Shown here one piece after another: positions 12,255-25,300 of a stretch of DNA of 64,000 nucleotides. A program made the position numbers and the translations under genes. The stretch comes from Setoptus koraiensis. Lineage: Eukaryota > Animalia > Arthropoda. Below the pieces are notes generated by a model that made no database searches, had not been told where the DNA came from, and saw only the letters and a list, made by a program, of their open reading frames with translations. The first letter of the stretch is position 1, and every line of letters begins with the position of its first letter. Where the stretch lies: assembly GCA_048013815.1 (NCBI GenBank), contig CM106585.1, forward strand, positions 1,674,001-1,738,000, read 5' to 3'.

Positions 12255-15200
12255 CAATCGTCAGCGGCAACAACAATCAACGATGACGCCCACCTAATCG
12301 TGACCCGGCGCGCCACTGGTCGACATTGATATCGTATCGTCTGTTGATTCGTCGGCTGATTGGAAGCTCGATCCAATGAGCATGGGCTGTCGGCAGTAAG
12401 CGCAGTGTAACTGCTGCCGTTGGTGCTCATCGGCCGGTATCAACTTTCACCTGTTTGCCAGCAAATGAGTGGCTTGTTTGATTGACTAGTCACACGGCCC
12501 AGTCAATCAAGTGACGATTGCTTGTGCGCAGGTGATTCCCGAAACTCAATCCTTCTCCCAGACAATTCTCCCGAATAATTCTAGCAGATAATTCTGCCAG
12601 ATAATTCCTACGAATGATCCCTACGAATTCGGATTCTACGGATTCTGCCGGGCGAGTCTTCCTCCAAATAATGCTCGCTCATTCGCACACGCAAATACGA
12701 TTGGGGCAACGCAGGTCGACCAGATCTGTGGATATACCAGACGTATCAGATCTGTGGATATACCAGACGTATCAGATCTGTGGCTATATCAAATATAGCA
12801 GACGAGGATGAGCCATGGCGCGTCTCGTCGGCGACCGTGTCTCGATATTGGTGCGACGGGTCATCGATGCGGTTGTGTTGGTGCTTTACGGTGCCCGGCG
12901 GTGTCTGGCCGGCGCACATCGGAGCGGCTTCTCGACGGGCGGCCCGCGTATGTGTGTGCGTTCATTAGCTGTTACGATAGATTGATTTCTCATTTTTTGT
13001 TTGCTTGCGGGCAAAAAATGAGCCCGCTCCATGTCTGGCCCGTCCGGTGTGTGTGTGTTGCGCAACCATTTGCATTCCATGCTGAAACAATGGAATTACC
13101 ATGGATCGAAATGAAGCGAACGCTGACCAATGGACAGTGGTCGCTTAACACCTCATTGGCACCTCACCTTTGCCAGGCTCTGCCACTCACTCACACATCG
13201 TCCATCATCGTTAGTTTGTGTTTTTATGCCGACACAAACTGCCTACCAACACATATCACACACACACACACACACACAACGTAACGTAACATATAATCGT
13301 ATACGTTTACGTAACCAACATAACAAAATATCAATGAAACGCGAACCAGCCAGCAACACCTTCGATCATCATGATTATAATCTCTTGCGCAACACAGATC
13401 AGCTGGCCGTGTGTTGTGGTCATTGTATTCATACGCACTGAGTAAGCGTCAAATGATAAATGATCCCGTTTACGACACACTCGTTCGCAGAGACACACTC
13501 GTTGGCGCAGACCGGACAAAGCAAAAGTCAATGCCTTTGTTCTTGACCAGCGGCCAGCATCATTAGCGGAAGCCGGCGGCCGAAGGTGTCACGAAGTTAT
13601 TGTTACAATAGACGGTCGATATCAAATCTCACAAATGATGATGTCGTGTAATGAGCGCCCATTTTTCGCACATGCGGCCCCAAGCTGCCGCGCGAGCCGC
13701 TCACTGTGAACGAGTTTACCAACACTCAACAATATTACATTATCGAACAGATAAATCATTTTGTATTATCTGGCCAGTGACATACGCCGGTCGCCGGTCA
13801 GTTTCGGGTCACCCGTTGGTTCGTGGTGGCCACAAACCAAGTGCAAGGCGGAGAGCGGAGAAAAGTGCAAAGCGGAGAGCGGAGAAAAGTGAAAAAAGTG
13901 CAAAAGTTATTTAAAGTGGCCAGTTCCGTCGCTCAGGCCGGCCCGCAATCGCCAGCGTTGTCCATTGAACGGCACTGGCAATTGTGAGACAAGTGCCAGC
14001 TGAGGGGAGCCAGAGACACACGGAGAGCGACACGGAGAGCGACACGGAGAGACACACGGAGAGACGGTCTCGCTCGGTGGCGCCCATTGTGTGCCGCTCG
14101 ACAAGCTAGATGGTCAACGCTGATACAAGACGAACCGTCGGTTTGCCAACGGTGAGTTATGTATCATCAATATTATTCAACAGCACCGACGATAATGATG
14201 ATAATCGGCGCACTGTTGGCTTCTCTGTTTGTCCGACAGACGCACAAACAGAGAAAGTGGCGCCAATGATTGAAATTTTCACTATTTGCCGGCCCGATAA
14301 ATGTGCGCGATAAATTTGCGGCCGCGAGCAGCCGCAAGTCGCCACAGGAGGTAGCGCGCACTCCATCTCCGGCTCAGTTGGAGTGGCCTCAAATTGAATC
14401 AATTCGCTCTTATGGTTTTATCATCATTTTTCCATCAGCATCGTCAACGAATCGTCAGCGGCCTCTTGCGTTCATGCCCGGCGATGTCAAACGATCTAAC
14501 GGATCACGGTTGGTACGAGCATCATTTGGCATGTTGGGCGGATCATGTGACGACGAGCGCCAGCAGTTGAGCGCAGGGCGCCAACGAGACGGACCGCGCT
14601 AACGAGCGGTCGCTAGTGACCACTGTCCGTGCCCGATAATAATAATAACAAGTGAGCTACTTTCGCCGGTTGTTGTGCCGGGCCGGAAAAGAAGAAGAAG
14701 AAGCCGAGAAACCGATAAGAGGATAATCGTGTGTGTGTGTGTGTGTATGGAGCAGCATCGGTGAGAAGCCGGGCCAGTCGGGCTGCACTTGGCCGTCGCT
14801 GGCCGCACTCGGCCGTGGTGGCGCCAACAAGCACAACGGCAGCCACTAATCTCTGATTATCCAATCAGACAGATCTAGATGGAGCTAGGTAGCGCAAGAA
14901 CAAGTTCACGTCGAATCGAGCCGAGCGAACAGATAATCTCGACCGTACTCTTGCGTACTGAGTACACACACCCGACATACGCGAGTGTATACATGCGAGC
15001 GCAAGATAAATGTCAAGCCTCTTATTTATTCTTTTGCCAATTCTTTCGACAACTGACGAAAGTCTGGCCAGCCCAATTTGAGGTTATGTGTGGCTCGCAT
15101 GAGAGAGAGAGAGAGAGAGAGGCTTAATGAGTGTGAGTATGAGATGATTATTATTAGCATGATAACCACAACAGCGGCTAGTAACAGCAACAACAACAAC

Positions 15201-15602
15201 AACAACAATGATTATGACCATCAGTCAATACAAGTGCGATACACACTCGCGCTGCCACTAGTCACTAGTGACTAGTTACTAGTGGCTAGTTACTAGTGGC
15301 TAGTAGTGTTAGCCACTGTTGGCAGTTGCGAGCTTGCGCCAGCTTAGTAAGCGAAAATCTTATGCAATGTGATTACAATAATTAAATTTCTCGGTCGCCC
15401 TTGCCTCGATAAATCGCTGCTCGGGCGTAGTTTTCGAGTTGTTCCAGTTGCCGCGCTTGCCGCGGTTTTGTTCGACTTGTCGTCGTGTTCGCTTTGAAAA
15501 AACTGACCCTTTCCATTCTGTTGCCTGTCGGACGGTCGGCTTGTCGCTGGCCGTTCCACTGTGCTTACTATTGGCGCAAGGTCCACTTCGTATAGGTCAG
15601 TG

Positions 15603-17657
15603 TTAACGTTTCATTTCCACCCTGGGCTTTGCGTGCTGCGTCTTGTCGGCTTCTTGTCGGCCGTCTTGCTTGTGCGGATGTTGCTGCTGCTGCTGCTGAT
15701 TGGTTTTGAAAAAAGTGGCGGCCATAATCTGTGCGAGCTGCTTCAATTTAAAACTGGACAATTTACCATCATTGGCGCTGTGCCGCTCATTAGCGTTGGC
15801 GTGCCGGGCGCCACTTGAGCCGGGCCACTCGTAGCCGGTGCCTTCCAGCAATTGGCCTAGATCATCTTTGACATTCATGAGATGCTTAAATGATTCTAAT
15901 AATTGCGCGCCATTTATATAGGGGCTTATGTTTGCGAACAGATTCTCCATGAGCAACAAATCGCTACCGCTGGTTTGCTGGCCAGCGGTTTGCTCTTGCT
16001 GGCCGGCGGCCACTGAGCGTCGTCTACGGCGTCGCCGGCCCGTCACCGTTGTCGAGGTGGGATTTGTCAAAAAATTGAGACCCTGTCCGTTTTGGTTGTT
16101 AAACAGCATCAAGAACAACAAAAAGAACGGGCTACCTAACACCAGAATGCCCAGTATGACGGCCAGCGCAACGCAAGCAATTTCGCCAATTGTGATACCG
16201 TGATCCCATTTTGACAATTCCTCTTTGTGATGATGATTGTGCTCGTGGCTGTTGTCCGCCTGCATCAGCTGATGGTGATGTATGGCGGCGGCGTCTAGCG
16301 GCGAGCCAAGCCCAGCAGAGTGATAATTGTATTGCGATTGGGGCGCCAGGTCGCTGCTGACGTAACTGGGCAGGGCGGCCATGCTATGATATGAACTGGT
16401 GTGTGCACTGTTTGACAGAGCGGGCGAATCAAGGTAATTGTATTGTTTGTTTGACGACGATACTCGCTGGTGCTGGTGCTGCTGATGATTGTGATGATGA
16501 TTGTGATTGGCGTGATTGAGTAATTGATTGCCGACGCCGCTAGTGGCCGAAGTGACAGGCTGATAATTAGTGGCGATATAGTGGCCAGCGTCAATTGGCG
16601 CCGATGATTGATGGTTGTTGGCGGCCGCCGCCGGCTGATAACTGTAATGGTCTACGCTAGATGGCTGGCTGGGCCCGTAATAATGCTCGTTCGCATAGTC
16701 CAAACTGGAGTCCACAAGCGCCGAATCGGGCGTCTCCAGCGCCAACAGGTGAGCGTCTGACAGCAGCGTCTGTTGCGCTGCCGCCGAGCCAACAGGTGAC
16801 TTTGGCCGGGCCGACAAATCGCGTCGACTGGTGGCCGCTTGCAACTGCTTAGGGGCCACAAGAGAGGAATATTTCGATGTGAGCGAACCAGATAAAGCAG
16901 CGTTCGAGTTGTAGCTGGTGGGATATTGGCGCGCCAAGCGGGCCTCGGCCAATGCCGAGTTGCTGTTGGCCATTGAGGCGTAACTGTAACTGGGCACCTG
17001 AGCGTGCTGCTCGCCACTATAAGTTGACTTTAGCGAGCTAGACATTTGCTGGTATTTGTCGTGATTATATTTGTCGGACAACGACGACAGTGAACCTGAG
17101 CTTGTTGCGCCAGTGTTAATGGCGGTCGAGTTAATTGTTGTGACGCTGCTCATTGTGACGCTGGGTGTTGTGGCCTGTGTTGTTGGCGACTCGTTAGAGT
17201 AAAATAAGTCGTTGGCGATGGGCGCCGAATAGTATTGCGTGTCCGTTGGGCTGACGTAATTGATTGGCGCTGCAGTTGATTTGTTGTTTGCAGCAGCATC
17301 GCCAACGTTGCTGCTGCTGCCGGCCGGATTGTCGTCGCTGGCTTGATTGTCGCGCTTAGTGAGCTGCATCTGAGCTGATTGCTGCTGCTGCTGCTGCATT
17401 CTCACCTGGTTCTGTAGCGCCTCAATGGCCGACGTGAGATCGTGCACACTGGACGAGTGGCGCAACGCATCGGACTCGTAATCGGCCAGGCAACTCGTCA
17501 GCGAGCTTGCAATCAATATCCAGCTCAAAATGACGGCCAAGCGTCTCCAGATGGTTGTCGCATTGTTGTTGCTGTTGCTGTTGCTGTTGATGGGCTTGTT
17601 GGCCACTGGCTGCTTGTCGCCAATTGTGGCGCGATCTCTCGATTTGCACCCGTTCAT
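15603..17657 (-). CDS. Nested single-exon 684-aa predicted membrane/secretory-pathway protein of unknown family
   Basis: Long non-repeat ORF with an N-terminal hydrophobic signal-like segment (LAVILSWILIASSLTSCLA), S/Y/H/Q-rich middle, hydrophobic TM segment (IACVALAVILGILVLGSPFFLLFLMLF) and polybasic [14 protein letters not shown] on the minus strand at about 15025-15030. Confidence 0.85.
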   Translation of the reverse strand: MNGCKSRDRATIGDKQPVANKPINSNSNSNNNATTIWRRLAVILSWILIASSLTSCLADYESDALRHSSSVHDLTSAIEALQNQVRMQQQQQQSAQMQLTKRDNQASDDNPAGSSSNVGDAAANNKSTAAPINYVSPTDTQYYSAPIANDLFYSNESPTTQATTPSVTMSSVTTINSTAINTGATSSGSLSSLSDKYNHDKYQQMSSSLKSTYSGEQHAQVPSYSYASMANSNSALAEARLARQYPTSYNSNAALSGSLTSKYSSLVAPKQLQAATSRRDLSARPKSPVGSAAAQQTLLSDAHLLALETPDSALVDSSLDYANEHYYGPSQPSSVDHYSYQPAAAANNHQSSAPIDAGHYIATNYQPVTSATSGVGNQLLNHANHNHHHNHQQHQHQRVSSSNKQYNYLDSPALSNSAHTSSYHSMAALPSYVSSDLAPQSQYNYHSAGLGSPLDAAAIHHHQLMQADNSHEHNHHHKEELSKWDHGITIGEIACVALAVILGILVLGSPFFLLFLMLFNNQNGQGLNFLTNPTSTTVTGRRRRRRRSVAAGQQEQTAGQQTSGSDLLLMENLFANISPYINGAQLLESFKHLMNVKDDLGQLLEGTGYEWPGSSGARHANANERHSANDGKLSSFKLKQLAQIMAATFFKTNQQQQQQHPHKQDGRQEADKTQHAKPRVEMKR

Positions 17658-18456
17658 TTTGAACGTGTTGTTGTGGCTCTTAATTGGCGTCGATATTCTC
17701 TACGTCGCTACTGATATTATCTTCGCGTCGGTACTAGTATAACGCTATATGCAATATGTTTACTGTTTAATCTAATTTGTAATTGTAATTTGTTTGCGTT
17801 AGAGTCTAAATGTGAGTGTCTGTTGTCGATTGACTCTAATGACTTTGTTGGCAACTGCACTGTCCACTTGCACTGGCGGGCGATCAGGTGAAGATGATAC
17901 AAGTGGCGCGATCATGTGATCACTTCAAGGTCGAAACATAAAGTGAGCGATAAACGGCCAAATTGATATTGGTCAGCTTGCGTCAGCTTGTGAGTGTGTC
18001 GGCCGGAGTATAGGTAGAACGAGAGAGTGAACTTGCACTTGGTGCGATATGCGCGACAACACAATTTGACATTTAACAAGCCGTTTGACAGGCAAACAAA
18101 GGGCGCTTGTTTGCTCGTTTCGGGATCAGGGCCAAACGAGAGGCGAGTCCAGTTGACACTTTCTAATTTTAGCTTTCTTGCTAAAATCGCTCCCGCGCCT
18201 CTCACGCATATCAAGCGCCTCTCACGCATATCAAGCGCCTATCGAGCGCATATCAAGCCCATATCAAGCGCAGGCGACAAGACACACAAGAGTGGCGCCA
18301 CAAGTCGCCCATCACCTGTCAATCTATTGTATGTTGTTACTGTTTGTTTAGCGTGGCTGTTGTGTCGTCGCCGTTTTGTTGGGCCGGCATGCCGACACAA
18401 TGAGCGCCACAGGGTGGCCGCCCCAAGGCGTTCATTCTGTTTGTCACAGTGGTCCA

Positions 18457-18570
18457 ATAATGGTCTCGTAGTGATCTAATAATGGTCTTGCAGTGATCTC
18501 AAAGTGATCTAATAATGGTCTAATAATGGTCTAATAATGGTCTGATAATGTCTTGATAATGGTCTAATGG
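18457..18570. repeat. Degenerate 11-bp minisatellite (AATAATGGTCT)n
   Basis: Repeated AATAATGGTCT-like units visible by eye. Confidence 0.75.
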
Positions 18571-19301
18571 TGGTGCAACAGTGCTGCAAAAGTGGTCTGA
18601 TTGTGTGCCAATCTGAACCAGATCTCGCAAGATTGTTTGTCACGCATATGGGCGCACATCGGCGCACATCGGCGCGCATGGGCCACATCAATCATCGCAG
18701 ACACGGTGCGATATTGTGTGTCGCCTCCCAGGCGAACAATTGATACTGTGACCAGTTGTCATCGACACTGTTGGCCGCTGCTGACCGCTGCTGGCTGTGA
18801 CGCAACAAGTGGCCGGCCGAGTGTCACTCACTTTCGTCCGCTCGTTTCGCCGGCAAACTTTCGGCCAATTGTCGGCGAACCTTGGCCACTTTCGGCCAAC
18901 TTTGGGCCATGCTGCACAATTGTTGGTGGCACACTCAAAACTTGCAAATATATCTGACTGTTGCGCAACATCTCACTGTTGCGCAACATCTCACTGCCAG
19001 CAACGTCTGACAGTTGCCAGCGAGAGCGGCACAGTTTTGAGTTGGGCCAAACCCATGGCACGGCCATAATTAATCATCATTACACCATCATATCGTGTGT
19101 GTGTGTGTGTGTCCATTTTGATATCTTATTATCATCATGACGATTATTATTATTAGTAGTAATTATTATCCACCCATTTGGACGGTGCGCGCATTATGCA
19201 GTGTTATCACATTAGCCGCTTCACTCTCTGGCCACACTCTCATGCAGCCACACAGTGGTTGCGTCACACAGTTTTACTCATGACAGTCGCTCCGTTCTGC
19301 T

Positions 19302-19305
<4 letters not shown>

Positions 19306-19365
<60 letters not shown>
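19306..19365. repeat. (CT)n microsatellite, about 30 units
   Basis: Uninterrupted CT run. Confidence 0.95.
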
Positions 19366-19368
<3 letters not shown>

Positions 19369-22300
19369 CGATTGCTCGCTCTCTCGATGGCTCGATGGCT
19401 CGCTCTCTCCAGATACCGGGCATTTGTTTCATTTCGTTATTTCGAATCGTCCTACTTGCCTGTCGCTATTAGTTAGTTCATTACTGCCAACTCTGCCTGG
19501 TCCAATTACAGCCAGCAGCAGCGCAATTGCCAGGCGAATCCGCATCACTTTTTGTGAGCTACATTACACACAAGACAAAGTTACATAAGACAAAGCGTCG
19601 CACAACAAAGAGGCGCACGCAATCACTGCGTATCCACACAAATCTCTCTGTTACCTGTCGGCCTTTTGGCGTGTCTCTCGCTCTGTCTTGCTCTCGGCTC
19701 TCAGCTCTCAGCTCTCGGCTGTGTGATTAATTAATTAGCTGGCATCTTTGCGCATCACGTGACTTCATTTGAGTCTCATGGCTCGCTTTTGTTTCCTCTG
19801 TCTCAATTTGCGTTATATTAATCAAAACTAAATTGACTCGCAGCGGCGGCACCGGCATCAGTCGGCTGAGAATTAATCAAGGGAACACACTGACACACGA
19901 ACACTGACACACGAACACTGACACTGGCCAACACTCAATGGTGCGAATAATAATATTGCATTACATTGGGCGGTGATCGTCATACACACTATTATCCTTT
20001 TAATATTCACCTGTTGTTGTCGTTGTTGTCGTCGTTGCTGTTGTTGTCGAAGTTGCTCACCTGTTGGCGTCAGCACCGTTGCACTGATTGAGTCATCAGC
20101 GCGCACTCAGTGTGCAATCAAATCAAGTCAGCCAGCTCGCATCGGCGGACGCCTCACGCCAGATGTCGCTGCTTCTTGCATACTGGCAAGACACGCAACG
20201 ATTGCCGGATTGTAACTGTAGCTTGTTAGCTGCAGGCCTATATGTGTAGCCTACTGTACCTGACTGACATGTACAAACTGGCATAGAGAAACGCGCAGAC
20301 AAACAGTCGTAGAAACAGTCGTATTTGGGGTATTTGTTAGTATGTTGTTACATAACCCAAGATGGCGATGTGCGCTCGTTGGTGTGTCAGCTGAGCTGTG
20401 TCACACACACACTGTGTTCGTTTGTTGCTGCTGTCAAGTGACTAGCGAGCGATCAAGTCAACATGCTGAATATGTATTACGCAATCGCCGCTATATGTGT
20501 CGCCGTTTGTATGTGCGTATGTTTGCTTGCTTGCACATGACATGACAGGGGCCATTTGATAGCTCGCAAGCTCGCTGTCTAATTAATGGGCGTCGGCCGC
20601 CGATATGGCCCGATAGCCACTAGGAGGCGCCCCAATGTATGATTGATATTGGGCGATAGTGGCGAGTGTGTGCGGCTCGTCGTCGTCGTGGTTGTCGTCG
20701 TCTTGACGTGCCACAAAACGATGACATGTATTACACAACATGACAGTTGTTGTTGTTGCCAGTTGAGGCAAAACTGTCGCTGTCAAAAGTTTTGACTCAA
20801 AAAGCGGCGACGCTCGCTAGCGAACGCCAACTAAAAGCCGCCAACAGCAACTAAAGGAGCATGTGAACTTGGCTGCTGATATTGTTTGCGCCATCCATTC
20901 TGAGATTATTATAATTTAAGGCAACCACAAAATCTCGTCTTGCTGCGTCTCGGCGGCGACTTGAGCCACGGCTCGGCATGTTTGAGTTTGAATGCGAATG
21001 CGAATTTGAATTTGATTCATATGAGACAGATATACTCGAAATGCTGCGAAATGCTGCAGTTTGTCTCGATGGGCGAGGTAGACGTGCGACCAAGTGACAA
21101 TCAACGTTTGATATTATACATCTAATATGCGCACTATCTAATATGTATACCATCTAATAGATAGTATCGCTGCAATTGCCTCGCTCAATTTCGCTGCTCG
21201 TTTGCATTGTTTGTTGGCCGCAAAGTCAGGTTCATCTCGCAATCTCTGTCACATCCACCAAAACTACTCAATATACACACACACACACAATTATATTGCG
21301 CTAATATTATACAGCTAAACTGAATTTCAATTTCAATTTGAATTTAGTTTTTACAGCGCCGCAATTCGAGGCGCACACAACTCGACAATTCGAGCTCCAA
21401 TTGCACCAATTCACACAGCCAATTCAATTCACTTGGGCTCATCAGCCAAATCCAACTTGGACCGTCTTGTGCCGTGATGCAATGGTGCTGCGATTCAGCG
21501 GTGTTGTGATGCAACGATGCTGCCATCCAATGATGCTGTGGGTGACATGTGACAACCGACAAGCCACTGGCACTATACAACAATGCCGCAATCATGCGAC
21601 AACGAAATATATTCATACATTTGGATATATATTTATATATATCCAAATATATATTTGTATTGAATTATCTATAATGTATGGTATAAACATGACGCGAAAT
21701 AGCGCAATGATGATGATGATGCAAACAACTTAATGAGCACACATAGATATGCGCTGTTCGAAGTCGCAAAATCGGGCGAAAGTTTATCATTGAGAACACA
21801 CATCCTGTCTGGCATCACTCATTGCGACACACATATAGCACGCATAAGATTTAGCTGTATTTAGCCAGTGGAACAAGAGAGAGAGAGAGATAGACAAAGT
21901 TTGGCGTCTTCACACTTAATTAGACTAGATCATCGAGCACGTTCATTGGCAATGTTCATGATCGACTCGACAGCAGCAACAGCAACAACAACGACAACAA
22001 CAGCAACAACGACGACGCCTAATCCCAATTAAGACACACAGATGGTGTTGCGACAGCACCATATGTGTCACTGTGACAATCTGCGCTCACTCGCGTCACC
22101 ATGGCAACATTATACTTGATACAGAGACTGACATACAGAGACAGTTTGTAAAATGACAAAGCTCACAGCGATGGTCACTTACTGCGATGAACAAAGTAAT
22201 TGTAGCATTGGTATCGTGTGTGTGTGTGTGTGTGTGTGTGTTAGGCCTTGGTGTGCGCAAACATAACATGACGTAACACATGATTGTTGATCTAATTAAG

Positions 22301-25300
22301 ATATGTTTTAATTATCATTTTAATCGCAACAGTGACAGCTACATCTACATGCAGCATGTAATGCCATTGTAAGAGTGCCGATTGTCAGTGTTAATGGCTG
22401 TTCGTTGCTAATCATTATTGAGAGATGTCATGTGGTAATGAATTGATTGCCTCTGGCTCTGAAGTGTCGCCCCTGAACATGCACTCACTTAAATTCTGTT
22501 AGATACACCATTCTGTTAGATCAACAGCACACAGGCTGACAAGAGATGAGATGATGCCGTGAACGACATGGCACCCACACATAATTATTATTTGCACACT
22601 CGCACTGGCGAGAGTTAGTTGAACAAGTGATTACATAATATTAATAATAATAATGGCGCCGCTAAAGAATTAGTAATTAAGTGTTGATTAGGTGTTATTT
22701 ATTTTATTTGTTCTTGTCTTTGTAGGTTGCGAGTGTGTGTGTGTGTGTGTGTGTGCGTGTGTGTGTAACCACGAAAGTAGGAAAGTGCACACGACAAGCC
22801 ATCGAGACAGCAACATGAATTATATTGATAATTGTTGCATTTAATTGCCATTAACTGCCAATTGCACAACTGCCAATTGAATGCATCAATTGGGCTATCG
22901 CTTGGCCACTATCACTGGGCTATCATCACTGAGCAACCAGGTGAGTGATAATGGCTAACTTAACTGGTGATTGTGCAATTCATTTTGAGTGTGTGTGTGT
23001 GTACCTAATCTAATAATCGTGCCAACACATAAGACTTGCACACATTCGTTTTGCTGGAGTGGTTGCATCATCAACAGGCAGCAGTTTCAGCGGCTTTGTT
23101 GCGCCAAATTGAATTATTATACAGGTAAACGTTACAAGATGCAAGTTACCTGTGGGCCACAAATTGTGGCTCGGCAGCAGCTTGCGCGCTTGCTGCATTC
23201 AGCTGACTGGTGAGAGAGCAGTGATTTAAATGAGTGACCGTGGTCACATTTAAGCGGCCACTGTTACAACAAGCAATATTAAAGTATATATTATACCTTG
23301 CGTATACTGAAACTTGTAAACCTTTAACTGTCGTGAGCCACACAACTGACCGGCTGATCATCAGCTGACTCAGGTGAGTCAGCTGATTGGGAAAGGGATC
23401 GAGCGAGACAAGCCAAGTGACAGAACGCACTAGCTGACGAGGCTTGTGAGCGCTGTCAAATGGCAACACCGGTGCAATAGATGAAAAATCATTAGCGACA
23501 TCCGTTCGACTTTATTACTATTATTACCTGGCTCCAGGCTACTGTGCAGCGTAGTGGTCAGCAGACACTGTCCGACACTGTCCGACACTGTTAGTCGCGA
23601 TTGTGCGCTTGTGCAACTGTGCATTTGTGCGCTGTACCAGAGTGTACCAGAGTATTGTGACCAGAGTTCGCTGACCAGAGCCCGCCGAGCAGACAGGCGC
23701 GGGTGCGCAGTGTGCCAAGCGAGCGCCACAAGGGCACACCAAGCGTGCAACAGGTGAGTCGCAAGTGTTACAGTTGCAGCTCACCTGTTGCACGCTTGTG
23801 GCCGGCATGTCAAGTGACGTATCAAGTAACAAGTTACATAACGGATGACTACTTTGTATGCTACACCCACCAGCATAACCGGCGCAACCAGCGTAACCGG
23901 CCCGGCACGTTAATGGCGCCACACACTTAATTAGAGGTCTGTATTGTCTGTAGTGTCTGGCCATCATACACATACTATGCTATGTGTACATGTAAGCGAG
24001 CTTGTGTGTTGCCGGCCAGTGTCCATTTACAGCTAGATTCTTACAACGAATTTCACAGTTGGATTTGCAGTCGGATTCGCAGTTAGAGGATAACTATGAA
24101 TGCTGTCGGCCGATGTGAGCGAGCCGCCAATTGGGCAAGTCAGTCGGCGCGAGCTCGCCGGCCAATTTGCGACAGGCGACAGGCAACAACGCAGAAGCAG
24201 ACGCAGACCCAAACAGCGACTGTCACTGTTAAACTGTCGCTCTATCTATGGCATTCCTCACGACACAAACTCAATGATGCGGGTTACGTAACTCTTATCA
24301 TCTTCATCCGGTGCCGCCCATGAGATGACATCTCGGCCACTCACTACCTGTTGCCTGTACGTCATCGTTGGCGTCGTTGTTGTCGCTGCTGTCGCTGCTG
24401 TCGGTGTCGTCGTTGCTGTCGTTGTTGCTGTCGTTGTTGCTGTCGTTGCCGTTGCTGTTGGCCGGCCGACTGACTGACTGACTGACTATTATGCGATCGC
24501 CCACTCACGCCGAACGCACGGCCGCAGGTCTGGCCGCGTCGTGTGTGCAAACACTCGAGCTGCGATTCACAATTGTTGCTTCTTCACTGCTCACTTTGAA
24601 TTCTATTAGAATATAATGGAAGCGGCGGCGGTTTTGTTTGATTGGTCAGCGCGTCAGTCTGACTTGCAACATCCGAGTCCGAGTCTGAAGTTCAGACTCT
24701 GAACGTTCGAACTCAAACTCAAGCTCCACTGCGACTCCGAACGCGAACGAGAATGCGAATTCGAACGCGAATTCGAACGCGAACAAGAATTCCAAGTCGG
24801 ACTCGGACGAAGAATGCGAACGGCGGCGTCGTGCGCGCAACTGGGCCGGTCGCAACTTTCGTTTGCTCTGTTCGCGCAACAACCTGATCGGATAATGTTA
24901 ATTTGTTGCCGGGCGAGCAATTGCAGCCACGGAACAACAGCACGGCAGCGGCGAGCACAGAAATTAGAGTAGTTTGCCACCGCCGCCGCCGTTGCTGCTG
25001 CCAGACAGCACACATTTTGCACCATTTATGACGCCACTAAATCCAATGTTTACCCTGCCATTTATTTCCACTGTGTGCGGCACACTGTGCGCACCGATTG
25101 CGCAACGCGCTCATCAGCCAACTGTTGCGCTGACAAACAGTGGGCAACACCGACGGCACGGCCAACAACAACAACAACAACAATCTGTTGTTGGCCTAGC
25201 TTGCCAGCGAATTGTTGCTACAAGCTCGACAAGCTGCGGGGGCAACACACACACACACACACGCACCAATTATGGCGCGCCCCAATGGCGGACGGACGCT

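Noticed and set aside
17658-17705. Nested ORF as an alternative terminal exon spliced to SoxF exon 1
   Set aside because: SoxF exon 1 ends in phase 1, and the AG dinucleotides between the upstream in-frame TAG and the ATG are phase 0 or 2. The ORF also has its own signal-like N-terminus.
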